Assembly (NCBI RefSeq): GCF_004010195.1
Contig: NC_057758.1
Span: 986,562 to 1,024,369 of the forward strand
Direction of reading: 5' to 3'
Source: Chiloscyllium plagiosum
Lineage: Eukaryota
Length of the DNA stretch: 37,808 nt
Below the pieces are notes generated by a model that was not told where the DNA came from, ran no database searches, and worked only from the letters and a program-made list of their open reading frames with translations. A program made the translations under genes and the position numbers. How positions within the stretch are numbered: position 1 is the stretch's first letter; each line of letters begins with the position of its first letter. This document shows positions 24,401 to 36,730 of this stretch, one piece after another.

Positions 24401-24594
24401 CTTAAAGAAGACAGAGTGTGGTCGTTTATGGAAAATATTCATCCTGGAGCTCAGAGACCAGTGGTGTGCCGGTAGGATCTGTTCTAGGGCCAGTGCTGTT
24501 TTTCATTCGTATGAATGATCTGGAGGAGGGCATAGATGGATGAGTTGGTAAATCTGCGGTTGACACTAAAGTCGGGAGGGTTTTTGGTCACTGC

Positions 24595-26635
24595 CTAGAC
24601 TACAGTGGTTCTGCAAAAGCACAATAGTTCAGGCAGCATATGAGGAGCCGAAACATCGACGTTTCGTGCAAATGTCCTTCGTCAGGAATGACGCAGGAGC
24701 CTCCGGAGTGGAAAGATAAATGGGAGTGGTTGGGCCTGGGGAGAGGGTAGCCAAGAGTACATTAGATGGATGGAGATGGGGATGAAAGTGATAGGTCGCA
24801 GGGGAGGGTGGGGCTGATAGGTGGGAAGAAAAATGGGCAGGCAGGACAGGCCGTGAGAATAGTGCTAAGCTGGCAGATTGGAAATGGGGTAAGGTGGGGG
24901 AAAGGGAAATGAGGAAACTAGTGAAGTCCACAGTGATGGCCTGGGGTTGAAGTCTTCCGAGGCGGAAGAAGAGGCTTTCTTCCTCCACACATCGGATGCT
25001 GAGGGAGTGGCTTTGAACCTGCATGTCCTCCGTAGAGTGGGAGGGGAGTTAAAATGTTCGGCCCCGGGATGGAGGGGTTAATTGGTGCGGGTGTGCCGAA
25101 TATGTTCGCTAAAGTGCTCTGCAAGAAGGCGTCCAGTCTCCCCAGTGTAAAAGAGACTGCATGGAGAGCAACAGATACAGTAATTGACATTGGTAGATGT
25201 GCACGTGAAACTTTGATAGATGTGGGAGTCTGCTTTGGGGCCTTCGATGGAGGTGCAGGGGAAGCTGTGGACGCAGGATTTGCAATACCTGCCATGGCTG
25301 GGGAAGGTGCCAGGAGGGGAGAGTGGCCTGTTGGGGGGCTGGGACCTGACCAGGTAGTCACGGAGGGACTGGTCTTTGTGGAAAGCTGAAAGGGGTGGAG
25401 AGGGAAATGTATCCCTGCTAGTGGGGTCTGTTTGGAGGTGGCCGAAATGTCAGCGGATGATGCAGTTTTTGCAGAGTTTGATAGGGTGGAGGTGAGGATC
25501 AGGGGGTTTCTGTCCTTGTTGCAGTTGGATGGGTGGGGTTTGAGAGCGAAGGTGCGGAACGTGGAGGAGACGTGTTGGAGGGCATCTTCAACCACGTGGG
25601 AATGGAAATTGCGGTCTTTAAAGAAGAAGGCCATTGGTGTGTTCTGTGGTGAAGCTGGTCCTCCTGGGAGCAGATACGGTGGAGATGGAGGAATTGGGAT
25701 TTCGGGATAGCATTTTTGCAGGAGGTAAAGGATCAAGAGTTGTAACGAATGAGAATGTCAGTGGAAGGGTACTAGTGGGATGTCGGTAGAGGCAGAAACG
25801 GAGTCCTTGGAAGCTCTTGTCATGGCGGATAGATGTGTAGAGGGATTGGATATCCATGGTGAAGATGCGGCATTGAGGGCCGGGGAAACGGAAGTCTTGG
25901 ACGAGTTGGAGGGTGGTGCCTTGAATGTATTTGGGAAGTTCGTGGACTGGGGGGAAAGGACAGTATTGTGGCAGGGGAAGATGAGTTAAGTCGGGTAGGG
26001 ACAGGCTAAGACAATCGGTCTGCTGGGGTGGTTAGCTTGTGGTTCTTGGGAAGGATATGGAATCCGGCGTTGCGGGGTTCCCGGACTATGAGGTTGGAAG
26101 CTGTGGGTGTGAGATATCCTGAGGTGATGAAGTTGAGCAAAATTCTAGGAGATGGTGATTTGGTGAAGGGGTCATAGTTAAAGGGGCGGTAGGAGGAGTC
26201 TTCAAGTTGGCGCCTGGCTTCTGTAGTGTAGAGGTCAGTGCGCCAAATTCCCACTGCACCCCCTTTATCTGCTGTTTTGATGGTGAGCTTGGGATTGGAA
26301 CAGAGGGAGTGGAGGGCTGAGCATTGTAAGGGTGAGAGGTTGGAGTGTGGAGGGGTTAGAGAGGTTGACGTGGTTAATGTCTCTGCGGCAGTTAGAAATT
26401 AAGAGATCAAGGGCAGGTAATAGACCAGCACGGGGTGTCCAGGTGGACGGAGTGTGTTGGAGGAGGGTGAAGGGGTCCTCGGAAGGTGGGCGGGAGTCCT
26501 GATTGAAAAAGTAACCTCGGACATGGAGGAAGAAGTACTTTTGGTCACGACCCTTGATGCGTGGACAAATGTAAGATCTTTGCTGAGGACTGCTCTTTCA
26601 TCCTCAGTGAAGGGGAATGGTGAGAACTCAGCAGG
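24595..26635 (-). mobile_element. Penelope-like element (RT + GIY-YIG), decayed, inserted in the CR1 RT
   Basis: Minus-strand fragments WRTDLYTTEARRQLED, MDIQSLYTSIRHD and EEESLFFRLGRLQPQAITVDF; PLE terminus at 24595-24690. Confidence 0.9.
24658..24685 (-). ncRNA. Minimal hammerhead ribozyme-like core (PLE-associated)
   Basis: Minus strand reads CTGACGA-AGGACATTTGCAC-GAAAC-GTC. The core and GUC triplet are intact; stem II is degraded. Confidence 0.5.
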
Positions 26636-27430
26636 GAAGAAAGTTGTGGGCTACAAAGGGACATCGGATAAGATGCAGAGCTGGGGTGAGAAGTGGCAAA
26701 TGGAGATTAATGCAGAAACGTGCGAGGTAGTTCACTTCAGAAGAAGTAACAGGATTGCAGAGTACTGGGCTAATGGTAAAATTGTTGGCAGTGAAGGTAA
26801 AACAGACATAACTCGGTGTTCAGGTACATAAATCTCTGGACGTTGCCACCCAGATTGATGGGGTTGTTAAGAAGGACATGGCGTTTATTGTTGGCGTCAC
26901 AAGGATACTTCGTCTGAACAAGACACTGTTAAGGCTGCACCTGGAACATTGCGAGCAGTTCTGGTCACCGCATTTTGGGAAGGATGTGGAAACTTTAGAA
27001 AGGGTTCAGTGGAGATTTAACAGGATGTTGCCTGGCATAGAAAAAAATGTCTTACGAGGAAAGGATGAGGGAACTGAGGATGTTTCAGTTGTAGAGAGGA
27101 AGGTTGAGAGGTTAATTAATCGAGACGTATATGATGATCTGATGATTAGATAGGGTGGGCAGTGAGAGACGTTTTCCACAGTAGTTGAAGGCTAACGCGA
27201 GGGGACATAGCTTTAACTTGAGAGGTGATAGATTTACGACAGATAGATGGGGTGGTTTCATAACTCAGGGATTATTATGAGTGTGCACTCGCCGATGTTC
27301 TCAGCATGTAACTGGGCATTGGACGTCTATATGGATAATAACACAACAGTGTAGGTCAGATGGGCAGCAAATCAATTTCACAGGCCGGCACAACATTAAT
27401 GGTTGAAGGGTTGTATATTCGATGTTCTAG

Positions 27431-29105
27431 ATCATCGCAAAAGATGCAGCAATCTATTTCATCGCTTCCTGTTAGATCCTTGGGTCTACCCTATCTGGCC
27501 CAGGTGACTCAGCTATGGTCTTTTTTTCTTTCGAAATTCGCAGCACATCCTCTTTCTTAACATTAAGCTGTTTCAGCATTTCAGCCCATTTCACGCTACC
27601 CTCACAAACGACAGGATCCGTCTCACGAGTGAATACTGAAGCAGAGTATTCATTACGGATCACTCCTAACTCCTCTAACTCCATGCTCAAGGTCCTTCCA
27701 CTATACCTGATCGACCCTACCCTCAGTCTATTCACCCTCATATTCCTCGCATGAGTGTGACATATCTTGTGGTTTTTCTTAATCGTGCCCTGTCTCGCTC
27801 TCCTAAATTTATTCTTCAGTTCCTCCTGGGCTACCTTTTACCCTGTAGATCATTGCCTGATCGTTGCTTCCTCAAACTTAAGTCAGCTTATTTCTTCCTC
27901 TTGACTAGATTTTCCGCATCTCTTATCCAAAGTAATGTTTCATAGTTTAAGCCTAATAGAATTAAAATTCCCACTCCCTAATTTTCCATGTCATCAGCTC
28001 CTATCCCTAGCCATGACTATAATAATGGTCAGAGAGGTGCGGTCGCTATCACCAAAATACTCTCCCAACGACCTGCTACGTTATCAAGCACAAAATCTAA
28101 TATGACCTCCCCTCCAGTCAGTCAATCTACAAAGTGAATTAGAAATTATTGCTGCGCTCAGCTGACAAAATCTGCTCCATCTAAACTATTTGAACTGTGT
28201 AGGTTCCGATCGATATTGGGAAGTTGAAGTCATCCATAACAGCAAAAACGTTACATCTACACCTTTACAAAATCTGCCTCCCAATCTGCTTCTCTGTATC
28301 TCTGTTGTTATTGGGGGTTCGATGGAAAACTCCCAGTCAAGTGGGGGCTCGTTTCCTGTTTATCTCTTACTCTCATGATGTGTCTTAGACAAACCCACCT
28401 CAATCACCTCTCTTTTATTTAATTCGTTCATGAGATGAAGTTATCACTGAAAAGGCAGCGTTTATTGCCCATTCCTAATTTCCCAGGCAGTAGTTAGGAG
28501 ATAACCATATTGATGTGGGTCTGGAGTCATACGTAGACCAGAACAGGTAAGGATGGCAGATTATTTCCCTAATGGACACTGGTGAACCAGGTGTTGTACT
28601 ATCTACAATTAGCAATGTCACTCCTCAATGTCTTTTACTTCCCTCCCTATTCCTTTTGAAACACCTAATTCCAACTAACATTCCTGCTCCTCTAATATCC
28701 AGGTCTCCGTAATGACCACAAAATTGTAGCTCCAAGTACTGGTCCATACTTTACTTTAATCACCCTTATTATTGACACTTTTTGCGTTAAAGTACACACA
28801 CTTCAAACTATCACACTGACTGTAACATGCCCTATCAACTCTGTTATTCTTCACAAACTCTCTGCACCCTGTATCTGCCTGTTTGCTCGCTACGTCACAC
28901 TCTGATTCATTGCTCTGGTTTCCCGCCAAACGAGCTGAAACCATCCCAATGAGCTCGAGCAAACCTCACTCGCAGGGTATTGGTACTCCTCCAGTTCAGA
29001 TGTAACTCCTGCTTCTGTTATAGATCCCATATAGCCCTGAAAATATTCCAATCTGACATATCTATAGTCCTCCCTCCTACATCAGCTCTGCAGCCAGTTT
29101 TTCCA
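27431..29105 (-). mobile_element. Degenerate CR1 fragment (ORF1 end, endonuclease, linker)
   Basis: Minus-strand fragments LKCVYFNAKSVNNKGD and EYSASVFTRE..ESPGPDRVDPRI. Confidence 0.85.
28415..28610. repeat. Short interspersed repeat of uncertain class inserted in the CR1 endonuclease region
   Basis: tttattgcccattcctaatt..gtgggtctggagtca..ggtaaggatggcag interrupts CR1 homology and resembles a common shark repeat (from recall, unverified). Confidence 0.5.
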
Positions 29106-29329
29106 ACATCTTCACAATAGTTGAGTAACGTTATTGCATTTTCTCTGCATCTGTCCTGAAATAACTGAAAATTTGATATGATTCTCTTCACACGAATGAT
29201 ATCCTGTCGAGGAAACAGTCCATATCAAGTCGATCGATGGCATACCCAAATTCTGATACTCAGAGAACCAAGGAAGTTAAACGAACTGAGAAGTTGGACT
29301 TAAATAGCTCTGTCCTTGTTTTCATCTCC

Positions 29330-29800
29330 GGTGACAAACTCTCCGTTCACATTGCCCTTAGACTCTAAGTCCTGACTACATTTGAATCCGCTGTTTCTTT
29401 TTTTATCTCTTTCGCCGCTTCCTGCGAACTCCCTACTATTTCTTCACGCTCTTTAGCTTTTTCCTCCTCTGTTTCGTATTCACGCTGTCCCTGCTGGAGT
29501 CGCTCAGTCCATCCAAAGTTCCTAACTTTCTCCACACCTCTATTCCTGTAGCCCCGTGTCATCTTTCTTCTTTCCTCGTTTTCTCTTCATCATTGTATCC
29601 GTTAATTTCAATTCCTCTATCTGCCTGTTGCTCTTTCTCGCTCCCTCCTACTTATGGCTAACTTATGTATTTTCATCTTTCTCACTACTTCGATGCCTTC
29701 CTTCTCTCTTGCTTCTACTCTCTCCCATTTGACCTCCTTATCTCCGTATCTCTCTGTGCCTGAGTAATGCAACACATTCCTCACAGCCCTGTAGTTTGGA
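29330..29800 (+). repeat. Pyrimidine-rich low-complexity tract
   Basis: Strong C/T bias, e.g. tctttcttctttcctcgttttctctt. Confidence 0.6.
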
Positions 29801-30039
29801 TTTCCCGCTGTGCCATCTCGAATGTGTTTCTTCAGTGGACCAGGTTCGTATGTGTGAAGAGCCATGTATTCTACCTAACTCACTCATTTAGGTGTCGGTG
29901 AACCTTCCCTGTCCAAATTTATAGTTACATGACTAATCATCTGCCTTCCCATATACAATGAAAAGTGGACAATTTCGCACTTATTCACAAAATAGAGGAT
30001 CCATAGTACATTCACTCACTCAGTCTTCACATGCCTACC

Positions 30040-30235
30040 TATGTATTTCTATCTCTGCACAAATACATGTCTGTGCGTCTGTAGCGGTGCAAATGTGTAT
30101 GGTTCTATCTGTTTCTGCATGTCAGCTTTAGCATGTTTGTGCATGTGTCTGTATGAGTGCACGTCTGTGTGTGTCAAAACGTCTATACGGGTATGTTGCC
30201 ATGCATTGTGTACGTTACAGTTGTGTATAAATTCA
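30040..30235 (+). repeat. Decayed (TG)n-like microsatellite
   Basis: Runs of tgtctgtgcgtctgt, atgtgtat and gtctgtgtgtgt. Confidence 0.6.
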
Positions 30236-30244
30236 TGAGTGGCT

Positions 30245-30533
30245 GGGTTCGGATGAACACCCAGGGTCTTTTCTTCCAAGGGTGTGGGGATACGAAACTA
30301 GAAAGCATCGGCAGAAGTTGAAAATTAAAAAGGAGCTGAGTGGTAGTTCTTTAACACCGACAGCAGTAACTGTATGTAAGGAGCTGCCAGATGAAATGTC
30401 AGAGGTGGGTACATTTTCAACACTTAAAAGGCATCTCGATTGATATATGTATAGGAAATGCTTAGACAGATAGGAGCCAAATGCTGGAAACGGAATGGGT
30501 CAGATCGAGATGCCTGTTGGGGCGAACGTATTG
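30245..30533 (+). mobile_element. Old CR1 3' fragment
   Basis: cagggtcttttc..ttctttaacaccga..aaaaggcatctcga..ccaaatgctgg follows the CR1 ORF2 end and 3'UTR pattern. Confidence 0.7.
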
Positions 30534-30721
30534 TTTGTTATGTTGATGGTACTCCTGAAACAAGGTGATTCTGTACTTGGCCTTTTATTTCAAAAGATCT
30601 CGTAAATATAGACGTGCCGCAATGTCTGAACTGGCTAACTTAATAATGGATAACAGATGCTATCTAACTCAACTATTCAGAATAGACGTTAAGGTTTTTA
30701 TTTAAAACAGTTGCAAAATTG

Positions 30722-31190
30722 ACAATATACAATAGGTGCAGGAGTAGGCAATTCTGCCCTTCGATCCTGCACCACCATTCAATATGATCATGGCTGATCA
30801 TGCTTAATCATGCTTAATCAGTATCCTGTTCCTGCCTTATCTCCATAACCCTTGATTCCACTATCCTTGAGAGATCTATCCAAATCTTTCTTAAATGAAT
30901 CCAGAGACTGGGCATCCACTGCCCTCTGGGGCAGAGCATTCCACACAGCCACCACTCTCTGGGTGAAGACGTTTCTCCTCATCTCTGTTCTAAATGGTGT
31001 ACCTGCATTTTTAAGCTGTGTCCTCTGGTTCAGCACTCACCCATCAGGGGAAACATGTGTCCAGAGTGTCCAATCCCTTAATAATCTTATATGTCTCAAT
31101 CAGATCCCCTCTCAGTCTTCTAGACTCAAGGATATACATGCCCAGTCGTTCCAGTCCTTCAGCGTAAGGTCGTCCCGCCATTCCAGGAAA
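30722..31190 (-). mobile_element. CR1 3' fragment inserted in the Gypsy LTR
   Basis: Minus-strand fragments ESRRLRGDLIETYKIIKGLD and FRTEMRRNVFTQRVVAVWNALPQ; acaatatacaat tail. Confidence 0.9.
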
Positions 31191-31611
31191 TGAAAGGGGA
31201 GTAGCCAGTATAGCCAGTTCAGTGTATCTTCTAGCTTTGATTTTGTTTTTAGCTTTGGCACAAACAAGCAGCTCCATGCTTATCCAGCCTATCTCTAACA
31301 TCTCTTTCCTGTAAGAACCTCTGTTGATATATATTTTTTTTTGCTAAGCTGTGTGTTAATGTGATGTTGCAGGAAATCGGAACATATATTTGTTAAGTTG
31401 AAGTTTCTTGTCGGTTGGGTTCTTAAATAGATATCTGATCCCAAATTAGGTTTTCATTTGTTTATGTGCAATTAACTTCCGTTTTGTGTCGAAAGGAATG
31501 GTTTTACCAACTGTGTCGGTCCTGGAATACAACTAGAACAACTAGAAATTTTAGTTTCTGGGCTCCCTTCTTAAATGTTTTGTGGGGGGTCTGGCCTGAT
31601 CCATTACAGAC

Positions 31612-31629
31612 TGGGCGCTCGTCCATGAC
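31612..31629 (+). promoter_or_regulatory. Primer-binding site, tRNA-Pro type
   Basis: TGGGCGCTCGTCCATGAC matches the known PBS-Pro TGGGGGCTCGTCCGGGAT at 14 of 18 positions and lies 3 nt after the LTR-terminal CA. Confidence 0.75.
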
Positions 31630-33044
31630 TTCTTCCAAATTGGTTGCAGGGTTGGTGAACTCAAAGGCAGCGTCTGGTAGATGATAGTGTTTCTGGAATT
31701 GACAATCTTGCTGGAGATGGAGTTATCTTCGTTTGTAGGAAACGTAGAAATAATTACCGTAATAACTCAGCATTTAAATTTTATGGAACTGTCATTGAAA
31801 CCTTTGGAGAAGGCTAAAATTCAATTAAAACTAAACAGCTTGAGTATGAAACAAAAGCAAAGGAAAGTAAAATAAAGAAACTAAACTGTCTGAATTACGA
31901 TTAGTAACAGAAGAAAGAGCAAAATAATCAATGAAAAACCCGAGCAGAACGAAAACACAGAGGAGTAGAAGGAAAGAAGAATGATACAGTGAACTTCATA
32001 GATTGACTCTTGCACAATAAATTCAGCACGAGTAATGGAGATGAAGGCATAGTGAAGGTTAGCTTAGTTGTGAAGAGAGTGAGAATGTGCAAAGCGATTG
32101 CAGACAAAGTCCTGGTGGGGATCAGGTAAAATACATTCAAGTCTTCCCTAAATTTGATGACCAAGACATGGACGCCATTTCATTTTCTTTGAGAAAGTGG
32201 CTAAACAAATAAAATGGCCACAGACCATGTGGGTTTTGTTAATCCAAACAAAACTTGTAACTAGAGTTAGTGAGGTATTTACGTCAATATGAGAGGAAGT
32301 ATCTTTGGCCTATGAGGGGATGACGAACGCCACCTTCAATGCAAATGATGACAGACGTTTCAGAAATCTAAGGAGGGATCCTGGTCAAACCAACAATGAG
32401 TTTTCAAGGAGCAAACAAAGTAAAATTGCTAAGTGGATAAGTGCATGAAAAATAGAGCAAACATTTGACTTTTAGAGAGACGATAATTTTGGAGGAGTTC
32501 GAAAATTCACTTCCGGAGGTTTTGAGAATGCATGTGGAAGAACAGAGAGTTAAAATAGTAAGATCAACAGCTAAAATAAATGATGTGGATGAGTTGCTCT
32601 TTAAATCAAAGTTTAGCTACCTCATGTGGTACGGAAAAAGTATATTTTGGTGAAGAAAATATCATTAACTGACCACACAGTTCAAAAGTAACCCTTGAAA
32701 GGGAAATAAATATTTCAAATAGCTCCGATGTTTGCACTGCAATGAAATAGGCGACGTGAAATAACACTGTTGTGGCTTAGAAAAAAGCACTGGAAAGATG
32801 GATATAGAAGAAAAAAAAACATATAGCATTGAATTTTGTGGAACAGTAATGGAAGGTCAGTGGAGGCCAAAAAGCTGCACCAGAATGTACAACCTGGCCA
32901 GAGGTTGATAAAAGAGGAAGTGCCAGTTCTTCGTAAAGCATATACTAGCGAAGGAACAGTTTACTCGCATAGGGCCAGGAGCAGCAGTTAAAGAGTGTTC
33001 AATATTAAGCGATACCAAGTTCCTCTCAATCTTTGATGTTGAAG

Positions 33045-33556
33045 GGTTGTGTACCGTTCTGGTCACCACATCATAGGAAGGATGTGGATGTTTTGGAAAG
33101 AGTACCGAGAAGATTTACTAGGTTTCTACCTGGAATAGAGGGAAGGTCTTTCGAGGAAAGGCTGAGGGGTCTGAGGCTGTTTTCGTTGGAGGGAAGGTTG
33201 AAAGGTCACTTAATTGAGACATACATGAAAATCAGAGGGTTAATAGGGTAGACAGTGAGAACACCTTTTTTCCACAGATGGCAATGGCTAGCACGAGGGG
33301 ACATAGCTTTAAATTGAGGGGTGAGATATATGGGCCAGATGTCACAGGAAGTTTCTTCAGTCAGAGTGTAGTGGGTGCGTGTAATGGCTTACCTGCAATA
33401 GCAATAGACTCGCCAACGTCATTGACATTTAAATGTTCACTGGAAAGCATATGGATGAAACTTGAGTGCTGTATGTTAGATGAGCTTCAGACTGGTTTCA
33501 CAGGTTAGCACAACATCGAATGTCGAAAGCCTGTACTTCGCTGTAATGTTCTATCT
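33045..33556 (+). mobile_element. CR1 3' fragment inserted in the Gypsy protease region
   Basis: CVPFWSPHHRKDVDVLERVPRRFTR and TRGHSFKLRG; tail gctgtaatgttcta. Confidence 0.92.
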
Positions 33557-35505
33557 TCAAAGAGGAGATATGTACTTGTGAAGGACGATTGACATAGAAA
33601 TTATGAGTAACTGGAATTCACGTTCAGATAAGAAGAGTTCAATTATTCGCAGTGCTGTTAGAGTATCGAGTGAAGAGTACATAAGTGATGCCACGAGTAC
33701 TGGACAAACTCTCAACTCAGGAATACAATTTGTCTTTGACAACGATATAGCTGATTCACAGGTAAGATTGCTGCCTATTGCGGTTGAAAAGCCAATTGAA
33801 AGTCTGGCAACTGGGGCATTAAAGGAATCCTTTACTGGGATTTTTCCTGACTGTGTAACAACGAGGTCACAAATTTAACAGTTGAAACAGGAAAAAACAA
33901 AGAGTAAAGACAGGAAATTTGAAGTGAAATTATAATAGATCCTGCTGAACCAGGTGGCTGAGACAAAAGAGGAGATTGACAACGTAGATATCTTTAGTTC
34001 AGAGAGATTAACTGACTTACAACAGAAAGATGAAAATGTGTAGGAATTACATCAAACGTTATATATAGAAAAAAAACACTGAATGCATCTCTGAGTGCTA
34101 CTACGCTAAAAGTCGGTGTGGTATCTTCAGCCATCATCTAATTAGGTCTAGGTGTAGTTCAGAGGTTCCTCATGTCGTACTGCCAGTGGGCGATAGAAAG
34201 AAGAGCTTGGGGGTTGCACTTGAACTCCCACTGGAGATCACTTCAGTGTTAAAAAAAATGTCAAGCTGAGAAACGAAAACATTTTAAATGCTGAGATTGC
34301 ACAAGAATGTCGGTGAATTTTGCCAGACAGGACATACATGTCAGGCATTGGAAACGCAACGACAGAAATCAAAGCCACACCATTCATACGTATTCCTGCA
34401 TTTGGCCAACATTTGTCGAGAGTCTTAATTGATTGTGCAAGATTTCTACATTAAATGAAGAGTGGGAATCAGCAGTTGTTAACACTAATGGATGCGTCCA
34501 CTGGATTTCAGTATGCAATATCACAGTCCAATGGATTATAGAGGAGATACTCAAACGTTTTACCAGTTATGGAGTACCCACGGGTAAATAACAACAACGG
34601 GTAAATTTCACATTAACGTTTTTGAAGTAAGTTCTGGACAGCCGAGGAATAAAACAATTCAAATCTACTGCATACCATCCAGAACCGCTGGAAGCAGTAG
34701 GAAATTTGCATCAAACATTAAAGACCAGGTTGAGGCCTTACAGTCAATTCGATTCAGACGATTGGAATTAAATAATTCCGTTTTTTACTTTTGCCAGCAG
34801 TGATGCTGCAAGAAATTGTTATTGCTGCTTCAAGTGGTATGTGAATCTTTATAAAGAAGGCTTAGTGGACGATTTTAAGTGGAAAGGAGATTAATGAGTT
34901 GAAGTGTTTGGTAAGGACTTCAGACAGATGGAAATTGTGCATTGTGTCATGCGAATATGCTCAGATAGCATTATGGCAGGGAAGGAAAGCAAAGGGAGTT
35001 CATGCTTCTTGTTAAAATACTGAGTGAAAAACAAAGTTCAGAGGATTTTCAATTGGGCATTCCTCGACTTAAATTGGACAATGAGGACGTTGTCATGTGA
35101 TGTGTTAATTTTCAGAGGAAAATCGACTGAACGAGGTTTTGTTATTGCGGGAAGGGGGCGGGGGGCGTGAGAGGTGTATGTGCACATAATCTGGGATGTA
35201 ATAAACTAATTCTCCACGATTTAGAGAAAGGAAATGCTGATCCTATTAAGCAACGTCTTTAGCGAATTAATCCTCTAAATTTGGTGGTGTTTCAAAAGGA
35301 GAATGAACGCATGCTGCAAGATAACGAATCAATGTGAATTGCAGTGGCTGGAATTCAGCATTAATAATGGTGCCAACATCAGATGGTAACCAACGGTCAT
35401 GTGTGAACTGTCACAAAGTCAGTTACAGAGTCCCATTCGGTTGATGCTATTACAAAGGATGATTTGGATGCGATTCCAAGTTTAAAAGACATTATTGAAT
35501 AGGTT

Positions 35506-35950
35506 TGTCGTGGAAATTAAATTGACTCGACTCAACTATTAGCAAGATCCACCAAACGAGCTTTATTAATTGTAACCTCTGCATTGCAGAGGGGCCACAC
35601 GCACTTGACAAAAATGCGTTGTGCAAGGGCCCCGAGTATCATTCATATGTTTCCTTGATACCTTACTTCGCTCAGCCTTATCTCACCTCAATGACAATCA
35701 GCTTGGGAACAGCTCGAGCCCTTTTCCACAGAAGGAGTTGTTTTCCCATTCCTTCACTGTTGAAAAAAACTGCTCCTGCTCTTGTGTTTTCCCCTGACTC
35801 TGCCGAATTAGATTGTTTGCAAAACTTGCAAGGCCAGGCGGTCTGTTCATAGAATTCAGTGAAGTCAGGCTGTCTGCATCAAATTGACTTAGGAAGATAT
35901 TATTTAACAGATTTAAGAGTAAATATTAATTTTGTTCATTTTCCATTACA
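35506..35950 (-). mobile_element. ERV 3' LTR, 445 bp, complete
   Basis: Terminal inverted repeats TGTAATGGAAA / TTTCCACGACA on the minus strand. AATAAA at 35562-35567 (minus). Directly preceded by a polypurine tract; second copy at 1-176. Confidence 0.9.
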
Positions 35951-35962
35951 TTTCCCCGTTTT
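35951..35962 (-). promoter_or_regulatory. Retroviral polypurine tract
   Basis: Minus strand AAAACGGGGAAA abuts the LTR TG. Confidence 0.8.
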
Positions 35963-36029
35963 GTCATTTTATGACGACAGGGACAACAACCAAAAAAAGC
36001 CAGATTTTGTAAAAATACGGAGCCAAATA

Positions 36030-36730
36030 AATAAAACTCAGCGATCAAGACAGCTGTCTTCGTTGAAAGGAGCATTTTATGCGGTCGCAGCCAACTCTTT
36101 GCTTTCCAATTTTTCCTCCTGAAGTCTTTCACCATGATACAGACTTCAGGTTTTAGATCGTGCAGCTTCCCTTCTGCTGGTTGGGGTCGTGCTGCTTTCA
36201 CTTGATTCTGTATTTCAGACAAAAGTGCAGAGAGTTTCAAAAAGTAACGCAACATCTCATCCTCACAATGGCCTGTTATCTGTTTTACCTTAGGATTCGG
36301 GCCAATTCCTGTGTTGGGCGGCCTACCAAACAAAATCTCAAACAAGCTGAGATTAACTCTTCCTAGAGCTCATATACATTAGCACAATTGGAAGTGCTTT
36401 TGTCCATGCCACCCCGAGTTCCTCACATTTTGTCAATTTATATTTAAAGGTAGCATTTTCCCTTTCCACTGCCCCACCACTCGCTGGGTGGTAGGCACAG
36501 TGCTGTATCATGTTTATTCCCAAATAATCACGGATCTGTTATCAGGCATTACTGGCAAATGGTGTCCCATTGTCACTACTAAGCCTTTCAGGGATGATCC
36601 TGTATTTACCAAAAAAGGTAACTGAGGTATCTTCCACATATCAGATAGAGGTAGGCATTGACTTATACGCATCATTATTGTCCTGAATATATGGTACACA
36701 CTCTGCAATCTCAGCGCTCAATATGGGGGT
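36030..36730 (-). pseudogene. pol: Class I (epsilon/gamma-like) ERV integrase remnant
   Basis: IPERLSSDNGTPF, HCAYHPASGGAVERENATFKYKL, WTKALPIVLMYM, FEILFGRPP and C-terminal VKDFRRKNWKAKSW..LLSTKTAV. Confidence 0.9.

Larger units (their letters stand above)
21090..27430 (+). mobile_element. Near full-length but decayed CR1/HER1 LINE (5'UTR, ORF1 Zn-finger/zipper/esterase, ORF2 EN-RT), interrupted by a SINE and a PLE
   Basis: ORF1: AVECSSCSTWEV..CGKC..RVMELELE (~21635-21770) and RALITGDSMVRG (~22050). EN: LLGVFY.TPN..IVVMGDYHFHNIEW. RT: KSPQPAGIYPRILWEARE..QHGFVK..LIEFFE and decayed ADDTKVG at ~24560. It resumes at ~26640 with KWQMEIN..CEVVHF, then ERVQWRFNRMLPG, and ends in a tgttcta tail. 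Confidence 0.9.
30536..35505 (+). mobile_element. Gmr1-like Ty3/Gypsy LTR retrotransposon (5' LTR-PBS-gag-PR-INT-RT start), decayed
   Basis: Putative LTR TGTTATG(30536)..ATTACA(31608), then PBS. Gag: PKFD..FEKVAKQIKWPQTMWVLLIQTKL (~32147), SCAN-like ETIILEEFENSLPEVLRMHVEE, knuckle CLHCNEIGDVK*HC (32729-32770). PR: ILSDT (~33002). INT: C.T.HTCQ, VLIDC, KSTAYHPE (34661), HQTLKT. RT N-terminus: IMVP..DG.QR.CV..IP.L.D.IE (~35365-35505). The LTR start is the least certain part. Confidence 0.88.

Noticed and set aside
24918..25736. 272-aa Pro/Ser-rich minus-strand ORF
   Set aside because: Mostly an off-frame reading of the C-rich, frameshifted Penelope ORF; not a host gene.
1..35950. The two LTR copies as the ends of one giant 36-kb provirus enclosing the window
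   Set aside because: The geometry is wrong: the PPT and viral internal genes lie outside the interval (beyond 35950), and no PPT follows position 176.
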